A DNA stretch of 64,000 nt from Camelus dromedarius (taxonomy: Eukaryota): the NCBI RefSeq assembly GCF_036321535.1, contig NC_087437.1, positions 42,348,001-42,412,000 on the forward strand, in the 5' to 3' direction. Shown in pieces: positions 26,474 through 38,589 of the stretch. The notes under the pieces were generated by a model that made no database searches, was not told where the DNA came from, and was given only the letters and a program-made list of their open reading frames with translations. Every line of letters starts with the position of its first letter. Position 1 is the stretch's first letter. The position numbers and the translations under genes are program-made.

Positions 26474-26582
26474 AAGGGTGACCATATAATTAATCATCCA
26501 AAACAGGACTCTTTCAAGAATGGAACTGGTGGACAATAGGGGTAAATGGGACTGCCCAGGGACAGTCAAATGGATGCCCCCT
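26474..26582. mobile_element. MER94-like (hAT-Blackjack) MITE; a second copy in reverse lies at ~56825-56954
   Basis: agggtgaccatataattaatcatccaaaacaggac..gggactgcccaggga. Confidence 0.6.
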
Positions 26583-26672
26583 TCTCTTTACCCAGTAAGA
26601 AAGCCAACTCAGTCACATATCTCTGCCAGGACAGCCACAACCACAAATAACCTGAAGGTGACCGGGACATAC

Positions 26673-26901
26673 TTGCGCTTGCCAGGGCCCAGCCTCCTCC
26701 GTGGATGTAAACAACGCTGCGTTTCAGCGGCTCTTCTGGCTTTGGAGGGCCTTCAAACACTCTGACTTCCACGCCATCAAAGTCAGTGTCGGTCACCTTC
26801 ACTTGAGTAGATGACCATGCACTTTTCTTGCCGAAAGAAACGATGATAAAGTTCAGTGCGAGCAGATGATGGCTGAGGCCCAGGTAGTGTATCAGGTTAC
26901 T
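26673..26901 (-). CDS. NCEH1: NCEH1 exon 2 ([76 protein letters not shown]), contains the HGGG oxyanion motif
   Basis: Minus-strand acceptor ...atcctgcag|AGTAAC and donor GCAA|gtatgt. Length 229 nt. Translation matches NCEH1 (HSL-family esterase). Confidence 0.97.
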
Positions 26902-29900
26902 CTGCAGGATGAGGGGGAGTAACAGGGAGAGCTCGTGTCAGCTTTATCACACCAGAGCCACACGCACCAACTCTTCAGAAGTATTTGAATTCTGACAAGA
27001 CAATTGCCGCTGCCCTTAGGACTCACTGGCCACTTTTAATATAATAACAAATCGTATCTACCTTTCATTTTTTAGAGCTTTACCTACATGAGATCTCCTT
27101 TGATCTTCAGATCAGCCCTGAGAGGGAAACGGGACAGGCATCCCCAGTCTCATTTTATCGGTAAGGCTCAGAAATTAGCTGAACTGGCCCATTTAGCTGG
27201 ATAAATGGCAGCCCTTCAACTTAAACCCAAGAATCGTGAATTCCAGGACTCAGTCCCTTTTTCCCCCTATATCAGTATATCACAGTTCCACTAACATACA
27301 AGGAGTGGAGGAAGAATACTTTATTTAAATGCAAATAAAAGAGGGGAAAGTTTTATATTTATTAAAGTATTTTAAAAGTGTTTTTAAGCATATATATTTA
27401 AGTGTGTCTGACTGTTTTGAGACTAGGAGAAAGGAATGAATGTGTGAGAAGGAAGGAAGTGAGTCCACGGTGGCCCAGCACATAGAAGGAGACCAGACAC
27501 AACCAGCTTTGTAGAGATGTGCACAGAACATGCAGCCTGGTCGTCTCTTCCCATTTGAACCCCAAGGGCATCAAACTCTGCATTAAGTGTTCACGGGAAA
27601 TTATCTGGTTGGAGAAGGAGCATGGGGTCATCCACCCAGCAAAGACCCCGCAGAGTGTATTCCCTCTTTCCACTTCTTATACAAGCTCTTCCTATGGAGT
27701 ACACCAATAAAACTGACCTCCCTGCAAGACCTGATGGCCATGTTTCAAAGCCAGAGAGCTGGAAGCCATCTGGAACCAGTGACTTGTCAAGCTGGAGAGG
27801 CCCAGAAGTGTCACAGAGTGATCAGAAACTTTCCTGGCACAGGTGCATGAACTTATATACTTTATCTCCTAGTGGCTCTTAAACCTCCCAGGGGTAACAG
27901 CCAGAAAGCAATAGTACCTTTCTGCACAATATGAAGCAGAACACTGATGATTAACGAAATATTTAATGCCATCTCAAGATCAAGAAAACAGTGCTATTAG
28001 TAGAAATGAGAACTATGTGAAGTCTGCAATACACCATAATCCAGCTTCCCAGCCCACGCACACTGATACAGCTTGAAAAGGATACACATGTGCTGTGACA
28101 CTGATCCCCTCAGTCCCTGGGGAGCCAAGTTCCTGCGCTGCTTACCCCAGTGTCCCATATAAACTATTATTATTGTATACAGATGCCCTGCTGTGAAAAG
28201 AGCTGGAAAGACTGCATTATTAGCCAGTGTTCAAGAAAAACAAGAACAAGAGGCAATTTATCTAACTATGAACAGTTATTCCAGTTATTCTATTAATATC
28301 CAGTATAAGCAGCAGCAAAGCAAGTGAACATTAATAAAATAGTTCAATTTCTACATGTGTCAATTGATCAATTTACTGAAAGAGTTAAAGCAACTGTTAA
28401 TGTTTTTGATACGAATGAATGTTTGCGTGCACGTACATACCGAGCTGTCTAACCATGAGTTTAGGGGTTTAAAGGTCTTTGGCAAATTGGGAAAAGGCAA
28501 TCATTTGAATTTCATGGTAACATGTTGGTCTAACTTGGGGAATATGGTGCTCTGCTAGGTATAGCTTAGAATCTTTGTCTTCACTAAGATTCGTAGAGTT
28601 CACACAACAACCCTGTCCATTAACAGAACACAAAGGATTCATTCCATTTCTCACAGGGCAAGCAGCTTGATAGACACAAAAAATAAAATATGAACAAAGA
28701 AATGGCAGGCTTGGCACTTTCTGGACTGCATTTTATTTTTGTTAAATGAAGACTTTATTGAATATTTAAGACAAATTATACCTGAGTTTCTTCAACTAAA
28801 GGAAAGCTGTGAAACAAGTGAGTTGTCTTTACAAGACAGATTAGGGAAGATTGTTCACTTTACCTAGACTCCACCTCTGGTTTCCTTTGTGTACTACCTG
28901 CTCTGGGTGCATGGAGACCTTCCTCATTTGCCCATACCTTTCCAGAAGCACCTCTGCTGCGTTAGCTTATGGCCACTTGCAGAACTTCGGAATATCTGCA
29001 TTGTTTACGATGCTGACAGGGTGGTGGCTGACTGAAGAGGGATACTTTGTTTATGAAGGAGAAAAAGATAAGCAGATGGGAGTAAGAAAGGCTGGATGGG
29101 TGGGAAAAGAATCCAGAAAGGTGCTAAAGTAAAACTGTGCTAATGTTTGAAACTGTATTGGTAAATCAGAGAATGAAAAATCATTATCCTACAGAAATAT
29201 CAATTTTGTTTCAAAATCTGAAAAAGGAGAGAATCAAATAGTAATCTGCCATTAACCACTTTTATTATCACTTATTAATAATAGTTATTACTGCCCAAGT
29301 GCCTACAGCATGAGAGGAGGTTGTTGAATTCTGGCTTAAATTCTATTATTATCCTCCTTGTGAAGAGGAGAGAAGCTTAGAGACCAAGTAACCAGTATAG
29401 AAGCTGATCCTAAAACTATGAGGAAGCTACAGGACATAGAGAATTGTCCTAGAGATGTTGGCTGAGATCAGTGTGGGTCCAAGAAGCTGCTCAGGGTCCA
29501 AGATAGCATGACGGTCACACATCTATGTGATGCCATGTTGCACAATAAAATTGCGAACGGTATTTAACTTCTTCCTCTAATATCTACTGTTTCCCTTCGG
29601 TCTTCTCACTACTCCCTTATCATCCCTACCGCCCTACTGTGCTGCAAATGAAATCAGTAGCCAAACTCTTCTCTGGTTGTTACTTCAGGGAAGGCATATG
29701 ACAACAAATAGCAAACAAACAGGAGTGTCTTCCTGCTTTTGATTTTCAAAAGCCTATATCCTTTGGAGAATCAAAAAACAGACATTGATTTAGAAGATTA
29801 CATGATGAATAAAAAGTCTCCTAGGATAGAATATGATTCTCCAACCTAGGTGGTGAGAGAGGAGAAGAAAGTACTGGAGATGAAATGAGAAATGTATGAA

Positions 29901-29982
29901 TTAATATCTGAGATCCAATGAAAAAAGAACCCTGGGACACAGCAAACCCACACATGTGTATGGACTCTGAGAGCAACAGACA

Positions 29983-30015
29983 TATGCCCTATGCCCTATG
30001 CCCTATGCCCTATGC
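29983..30015 (+). repeat. (TATGCCC)x4.7 heptamer tandem repeat
   Basis: Four perfect units plus TATGC. Confidence 0.95.
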
Positions 30016-31879
30016 ACAGACAGAACTTTGGAAAAAATCAAGACTCTAGGGAAGAGTAACTGCAAGGTATGTCTAGGAAGATGGTGCCTCCAATGGCCTC
30101 AGAGAGTTTCCCAGCTCCAGCTGGTGCAGGAGCAGCAGAATGATTCCATTTGCCGAAAAAGGTAGAAAAGTAGCAAGGGCTGCATGAATGTCTTGCATAT
30201 GGATGAATCTGAGACAGCTTCTCCATTATCTATGGCTCATTATATGTTCTCAAGGGTCCAACAGGAATAGAAGAGAACACTAATGGACATAAAGCACTCT
30301 TATAAATAAGAACTAAGGATATCCCAGGGCAACTTGTGGGAACCAAACACCAAGGACCAGGTGGAACAATCATGTGGCTGAGGATAAGTACCCAGAGGGC
30401 TTCCCCAACTCATTATGCTCAACATTGTATAAGACCCTCCAAAACCTAAAAGCAAACAGTGATGGGTTAGTACTTTAATCCACAGGAATTAAGTTCTACC
30501 TAAAGAACAAAGGCTTGAAATAAAGATCAAGTTACATTACTTGCATCCTTGAATTTGTGAAATGAGATTCAGATCCACCCAAGAAACATCCTCAAGTTAA
30601 ACAAAGTTTCCTGAAACCTCTTCAGAAGCAGCTGGAAAACTCCAATAATGCAAAGAAGCAAGCCAAGTGTTAAGAGTTTCACAGGCTATGAATTGACCCA
30701 GTCATGGCTGGCTGAGGTACTCTAGAGCATTGCTAAAGGTCTTAAAACTTGTCCCCATAACCATTCTAGGATCTGGAAGGGAATTCTGCCTGAGTAGATG
30801 GAAGGAATAAAGGGTACTCATTACACCTCAAAAGAACCAGATACAGTAGAATAGATGGACCATTGGCTCTCTACACAGTTCTGATGACCAAAGGTCAGAG
30901 GACAAGCAAAAATCAAAGGAAGTCAAGCAGAAACTCTACTCTGCCTGTTAATAGATGTTAGTTGTTAATGTTTATGAGTGGGTTTTTTCTCTATTAACTC
31001 ACTCACCATACAAATTAGAAAATACATTGTATGAGCAGGAAAACTTGAGGAGAAAAAGACAATGTTCTGGAGCTTAGGAAAGTGGAAGAGAACCAAGCCA
31101 TTAAATGAATAGCTGATGTTAATTAAGTGATATAAGCTTAGCAAGAGAAGCCTAGATAATGGGTTGCACAAGCTCAGAGAAGGAAGGAATTACTTCTGTC
31201 TGTTCTTTCTGGGATGAAATTTAATACAGCATCTAGCCTGAATAGTGCCTTAATGGAAGATGAAGTATGAGACGAGACTTAGAGGCTCATTTCAGAGATT
31301 GAAGGTCAGGTGTGGGGTGAGGAGGTGGTAGTGCAAAGGGTTGACAGAGAAGCTACTAGAATGGCCATCCTTCAAAGAAAGAGACCCAGAGGCAAGATTG
31401 AGTGCCCAGCCCAGGGGAAAAAAAAAAAAAAAAAAAAAAAAAGGCATGATTATCCAAGAAATGTGAAAGACGGGGTAGTTGTGACACAAACATGTTCTTG
31501 CATGGGCTGATTCCAATCCAACCTCATCCGTGAAAGTAGAATAGAGCTAATTCCACGTTTCTTCAGATGTTACACAGTTCAGCCGGTTGGCCAGTGCCCC
31601 ACCTCTGAGAGAATGGATAAGAGTTTGAATGGATTCCTCACCATTGGAGGGAAGCTGCCTGGGAAGCTGGAAAGGCAATGCAAGGTAACAGAGTCAGGTC
31701 CTAACCCTGCCTCTTACCAACTTTGTGGTTTATGCAAAGTTATAATGTCATTCTGAGCCTCCGTTTTTTTACCCATTTGTTAACAAAAACAAATCTCATC
31801 TCCTTCCATTGGGTTATTGTGAGAATTTAATTAAAACATCTGGCATTTAGCAGGCACTGGTGTATCTTATTTCTTTAAT

Positions 31880-32054
31880 CCAATGGTTTGCAAAGCTGGC
31901 AGCATATTAGAATCACCTGGAAGCTTTTAAAAAGCCAATGCCTGACCCCCATACCGCACCTATTACATAATCATCTCTGGAAATGTGACCTAAGGTATGG
32001 GTGTTTTTTTTGGCTCTCTAGGTGAATTCTATACATATCAAGGTTGAGAATCAC
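31880..32054. mobile_element. MER5-like MITE
   Basis: ggcagcatattagaatcacctggaagcttttaaaaagccaatgcctg..ggttgagaatcac. Confidence 0.7.
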
Positions 32055-32069
32055 AAAGTAAATTGGGTC

Positions 32070-34460
32070 AACTAATTCATTCAATCAACATTTATTAAGT
32101 AGCCATTTGGTCATGACTGTTCTACACATTTGGGGTACAAGGATGAACAAAAGGGCCTATTTTTGAGGAACATATAAATGTGGGAATATCCTAGACATAA
32201 CAGATAATTATGATATGATGTAAAAACTTCTAAAGTAAATATATGGACCTTAAAGAACAAAGGCTTGTATAACCCAGTCTGGGACAGAAGAGACAGAGCC
32301 TGTCCCATCTGGCTGCCTGGAGACAGTGTCAGCTGACTGAACTGACTTTAATGAAAGATCAGTAGGCTGGAGGAGAGAAGGGTAGGGAAGGGCACGCAGA
32401 AGTTTGTGGTTATGGGGCATGTGTTCCACACGTCAGTCTTCTGCCCACCACCTTCACTCTGCTTTATAGGTAAATACTCAGCATCATACTCCTCCAGTAA
32501 GGATGAGAAGGCATCAGAATCCTCTTTCCTATTCCCACCCAGATTATGAGGATAAAAACACCCCTTTATTTGCTGGAGGCTGAGTCTCTAATCCAACCCA
32601 ACTCTAATGAAAGTATGGGGCTCTGCTGGAAGACTAAAATATAGTAAATTCCACCAGAGAGGGAAGGTCAGTTTACTCAGGGAAAGCAGGAACTATAAAG
32701 TTGAGTAAAATAAAAATGAAACCTTGGGGAACACCATCATTTAAACGGACAGTGGCAGGAGAGAAGAATCAATCGTTAAAAGATCCCCTCCCACACCAAA
32801 GGAAGAGTAATTAATTATTAGCATGGCAAGACAAATAAGAGACTGGAGAAGTTTAGAGGGAAGAGTTTCGAGAAAGAGCAAGTTGCTAAATGCCAGCAGA
32901 AAGGAAAAGTAGGTCACTGGTATTAGTAATATGGTCATGGGATCTTGGTGAACCCAGCAAGTACAGTTTAGTCAGAGATATGGGGCTGGAAGCCAGACTG
33001 TAATGTGTTGCCAAGGGCATAGGAGTGAAGAAATAGATACAGTGAATGTAAATAGTCCTTTCTCTGTAGAGGTAAGGAAGGCAGTTGGACAATAGCCTGA
33101 AGGCAAGAATAAAGAAAACCTTTTTCTTCTTTTTCCCAAGAAGAGACTTAGCATGCTTCTAGGGAAAGAGCCTGTGAACAAGGAGAAACAAAGGTTACAG
33201 AGGAGAAAAGAAATGACATGTGAATTGAGACCCTGGAGGAAGAAGGGGAGATAGGATCTGGAAAACAGTAGGAAGGGTTAGCCTAGGGGGAGGCTGTAAG
33301 AGATGAGTTTATAGGAGGCTGGAGGAAAGCAGAGATCTGCCTCTCAACACAACTTGATTTCTGTGAGTCAGTTCTGTCTTTACCCTACGGAAGACAGTGA
33401 CTTTTCAAAGACTGCCCACTTTGAAGTCTACCCATTGCGATCGGCTTTCAGACTCATATTGCTGATGAAACTGTACTTATTATGTTCACCAAAGACCCCA
33501 TGACCCCACTGTCAACACCAATGGCCTACTTAGTCTCTCCGTAGGCATTTAACAACTTGTTCTTTTTTTAAACTCTCTTCCCCCTGAATCTCTCCAGTCT
33601 GTTTCTCTTGCCATGCTAATAATTAAGTCCTCTTTTTTCTCTTTTGTTTTTTAATTGACTGTTTCTTCCCTTCCTGTCCACTGGCCCTTAAAATGATGGT
33701 GTTCCCCAAGGTTCCATTTTTAATTTTATTCAACTACATAATTTCTGCTTTTCCTGAGCAAGCTAATGTACTACCATGGCATAATACCTGGAAAATAGGA
33801 AGTACTTACTATCAGCCTAAGAAAGTAAGTGGCTGTGCATATCCATATGCTGATGACTCCCACCTCTCTATCTCCAGTCCATGAGCTGTCTTTCTTAAGT
33901 TCCAGGTCCACATTTCCAACCATCTCCAGGATATAGTTTAGAAACTCTTCAAAATTAACCTGTTCTACAGTCCCTTCTCCACTCCTGACTCAGCAACTCA
34001 CTCCATTAAATTCTCAATTAATGATCTAACCATAAGCCTAGTTCCCAAGAGAAACCTTAATACTTTCTCCAGTTCCTTCCTTCTCTCACATGATAGCCGA
34101 TCAATCAATTCATGTCAATTCCACCTGCCAACATTTTCTGAATCTAGTTCTACCCCCAGCCTCCACTCTGACTCCCACTGCTGCCCTGATTAGATGCTCA
34201 TTATTTCCTGTATTTGCCTACTAACTTAAATGCTAGATAGCACTTTCTATCTCTATAACCTGCTGCATACTGTTGCCAGAGTTCCTATCCTAAAAGACTG
34301 ATCACAATACCTGGCTGCTTAAAAACGTCTATTGATTTCGTTTCTTACAGAAAAAAAAATCTGAACTTGGCACTCCAGTCTAGTCCCACTCTACATTCCA
34401 ACCCCATTTCCCCTTGTACTTTCCAGTTCTCTAGTCAAGCATAGCCAAGCATAACTTGCA
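32070..34460. mobile_element. Degraded L2 fragments (minus ~32070-33300, plus ~33380-34460)
   Basis: ttcattcaatcaacatttattaag tail, and RT remnant tatgctgatgactcc (YADDS) at ~33846. Confidence 0.6.
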
Positions 34461-37400
34461 TAACTTAATTTTTTTGAACATAAATTTTATGAACATAAAT
34501 GCTCATAATGTTACCTCTTTTTATTTGCTTAGGTCTTCACAGCACTTCAGTCTGTCACATAATGAAGTCTCAATACCTTAGCTTAGCTCTGGTAACTCAC
34601 AAAGTAAATCTCACATTAGCTCAGAGCCAGGCTGAATTACCAGCTGCACCACATTCTTAAACTGAGAGCTATAAAAGGACTTCAGGGTAGTGGAGCCCTT
34701 TAAGTGATATAAACCCCATCTTTAAGGCTTCCTGAGTAGAAAAGGTTGTAAAAAAATCACTTTGTATTATCCTTCCCTGAGATTCTTTGAGCAAGGGCAG
34801 AAAGGCTTAAGGAAATATATTAGAGAGGCAAAAGCACAAACCTTGGACAGAGACCAAGGCCAAGTCCTGGCTCTATCATTTATGAGCTACATGACCTGGG
34901 CAAGCTTCCCAAGTTGTCTGAGCCCCAGTTTCCCAGATAAAGAAGTAAAAAAGCGTGCACGTGAGGAGTAAATCCACATTATCCTATTGTTTTCTCCTCT
35001 CTCCAGAGCCCCAGAATTGGCAGAATTCTTGCTCAGGCCTTTGGCAGATCCCCATCTGGTTAAGGACGCTTTCTGTAGTTGTCCTTTCTCCCTCACTTCC
35101 TTTAGTCAGCATTATTTTTATAAATAAACCTTTTGTCCCACACTCTGAGAATAGTCATGGACAAAAAGAGTCCTGTATAGGGCACTCTCTGCGTATAGCA
35201 AAGCACTGGAGGGGGTTATTAAGCCAGCCTGGGAGGCACAGATATAATCATGTAGCAGTAAGGTTCTCTGATGAGACTGCTCTACTACAATTTCATATTT
35301 GTTTAGTGCTCTAAGATCATTACAAGCTATAAAGCAAACCTGAAGAGAACCTCGCCACCACTCACTAATAAAGTAAATTAGAAGAAAGAAAGAGCTCAGG
35401 AGGGATCTGACACCCTAACCCTTTCACTCTAAAGCCTTCAGTTTGTTCTCTCACTGCAATTCAACCAAGAGGAGCACAAAAAGGAGAAGCTTGTCTCTTT
35501 CCAGTTCCTAAACTTTTGTGTTTATTTTTCACTGTCATACAGAAGACAGTTTCTATATTGCCAATATATTTGCTTAGCTCCAAAAGCCTCTTATATTCAA
35601 GGGGGATAACAGCTCACACATACTGACATTTGCTCTCCACCAGTCACTGTTCTTAGTGTGGGGTCTCAGACCATAGTGGTCAAGTGAATCGCCAAAGGTC
35701 ACACAGGCTGGAAGGGGTGGAATGGATCTGAACCCACACTGGCTCCAGAACCCTCAACCATCATCTTCTAGTGCCATTCACTAGTCAATTTATTTTCAAA
35801 CCTACTTCGTAAAACTGGAAGATTTTTACATCTGGAATGACCCTTTAGTCTCCCATATTACACAAAGGGAAACTGAGGCTCAGAATGGCTATGTGACTCT
35901 CCCAGGATCAGCAGCTCTAGCTCTGGGTTGAGGAGGGACCCCCATCCACCCTTTTCCTCCAGCTCTTCCTCACTGGCACATTTCTCTCTCAGCCTTCCCT
36001 GGTAACACCTCTCTCAGTCCTCTCCTGTCTCATTCTCCTTTGTTTCCATCAGTACGCACATGACAGGTGAAATGAGACTTAAAAAAATCCGAGTTCTTTT
36101 TTACTCACATCTCTGTCACATATAAAAGCAATAACTAGACTGTGAGCTCCTTGGGACAAAGTCTGTGGCTTGGAGATCAAAAATTTTTTCCAGTATCCCA
36201 TGTACAGCTGGTCATAAACAAACGTCCCTCACGACGCTAGTCAAGCTGCAATAAGCCTCCCGTATTGCCAGGACAAGCAGCATTTGTTTTCATCTGAGTG
36301 TTTCAAACAGCAGCTGACTAAAGGCAGCACAAAAGAATTAAACTTCTAAACAAAACCTCCTAACACCCTTGTGCTGTATGGCAGGTCCGAGCCTGCTCAC
36401 TCACGCCCTCTGCCTGACTTCACAAGCGTGTTACACAGGATGCTCCAGAAGTTGGGTTAATCTGCCTTATGTCAAAAGCAGGAAGCAGCAAATTAGACAT
36501 GACCTTTGAAACATTGTTTATTAAATGGCATATAAACCCGAAAGATAAAAGGCAAGTGATTTTTTTTATAGACATCTTCATATGTCTGAAGAGCCAGATT
36601 GAGGTGATGATTACAATAAATTAAAACCCCTTTGTGTACATTCAGAATGTGATTATAATAAATACATACAATAGAAAATACATAATAAATTGTAACATTC
36701 ATATTAATTATTCTCCTAGAATGCTTTACAGTTTATGACCATTTGAACTTTCACTTGTTTGAATTTCACAACCTGTGAAAAAGGAAGAGTGGGTATTATA
36801 CTCAATTTTTGCTCTTGTGAGGCTTAGACAAGTTAAAGGTCTTGCCCAGAATCATAAGGCTCCAAGTGATAAAGTGAGTACTGGAACCCAAAAGCCCAAC
36901 TGACTGCCTCATCACTCTGAATGTTATTACTCAGAGCTCAGAAGAAAATCAATAACCAAGCCATTATTTAAAGCTGAGCTTTTCCCATCACACAGGTTTT
37001 GAACACTTAGGAGTGAAAAAGGCTTAAATCAGGGTGGAGAGGGTAAGTAAGTCACAAAATGTATCCCAAACTCTCCCAGCTGCATAGTCTCTCTGTCAGC
37101 AGATCTGCTAGACTGGGTAGCAGGACCAGTTTGCCCCCGTAAACAGGGCCAAAGAAAATTGGCATCAGTTCAAAAGCCAGTGGCTTTACAGCAGTTAAAT
37201 TCCTTCAGCCAGCAGTTTCAAGTTAATGCAGTTCAGTCACTCCTTGGCCTGAGGCATCAGGAGACAGGCTGGCCCACCAGGCTCAAGAAGGAAAGCATAA
37301 GACTGGGCTGTTGCGATAGAATCTGGAGTCCCTAATGATGGAGGTCTTCCTTTTACCCCAGGAGAGGCTTCTCAATTTAAGATTCAGGATATTGAAATAC

Positions 37401-37514
37401 TTTACTCCTCATGAATGTTTAATCATGATCCACAATGGCAAAAATCTAATGTGTTGAATTCATAACATATTAAGTCTAAGTCAAAATACCTGTACAATAG
37501 GTGAGATAACTATA

Positions 37515-37695
37515 CAGTGGTCCTTCAGCACCCATGAGGGACTGGTTCCAGCACCTATCCTGCAACATATACCAAAATCCGTGGATGCTCAGGCACCTTA
37601 TATAAAGTGGCGTAGTGTGGTAGGCCCTCTGCATCTAGGGGTTCAGCATGGAAAATCGACCCAGGTGAGGAAGGGCAGTAACCAAGGGCCAACTG
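37515..37695. mobile_element. Tigger-family MITE (MER2-like)
   Basis: TA|cagtggtcctt..ggttccag..ataccaaaatccgtggatgctca..aagggccaactg. The ends form degenerate TIRs. Confidence 0.7.
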
Positions 37696-38589
37696 ATACA
37701 CTGCCATCGTAAGGTGAATTTATAGGTTAGATATCCCATCACAAGGAAGATGGCCCATATCTATGATATGACTTTGAGTCTCTCTTTATGATACTTTTTA
37801 ATGACATCTATTCCTCTTCTCCATCCCCTCTCCCTTTCAATCCCAGGGACAAAACCTAGGGAAACAAAAGTCTGGTTCCACCGACAGATATAGATTCCAA
37901 ATGAAGAAATAAGAGGAGTTTGGCAAACCAATAGGCTAGTAAATTATTTGGTTTAAAGATTCACCTGCCTTTAAGAGAAAGTCATTGAGAACCAGTTTTT
38001 TTTAGCTCTTACCTCTACTATCACCATTACACAATCTGTCCATTCTAATGTTACTCAAAGGGTGTTCCACAGACTACCAGCTCTTGAGTATAAATTCTTG
38101 TGCCCTAACTCTACCTACTGAATTAAAATCTCTGGGAGTAGGACCCAGGAATTTCTCCAAGTGGTTCTTTTGCACGTAAGAGTTGAGAAAACACTGGCCT
38201 TGTCAATTCAAAGTGTGAAACAGTCTCTTATTAGGCAGTTTTTGTTGTGACTGATTTTATTTGCAACAGTAATGGGTGAAGTCCTGAGATAGTGCTGCTA
38301 AGGGCAGGGCTTGCAATGACAAGCCACAGTAGAATGTTTGAGTGACCACTGCTGGCCTCAGCCCCCTTCTTGGCACAGAACTGAACTCTTTATACTCTGT
38401 GTGTCACGCTCTGTGTCAAAATGTGGCTCAAACTCTATTTCCACACTTCTCCTTTCTGGGTGTGAGGTTTGGTTTGTATCATCTCCTCGGTCAACTCTTT
38501 CAGGGTAGGAACCCATTTGGAGACATCTGCGTATCGGAGCAGCTAATGCACAGAGGTGAATGAATGTGGAGAGGGTGTTAAGTCTGCCT

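Noticed and set aside
29700..30580. Possible ancient LTR-like element (also ~62600-63500)
   Set aside because: Suggestive termini only; I cannot assign a family or boundaries by eye.
31417..31442. Long poly(A) runs (also ~5290, 5703, 8427 and 40646) as retrocopy tails
   Set aside because: No recognisable upstream element or TSD. Treated as mononucleotide microsatellites.
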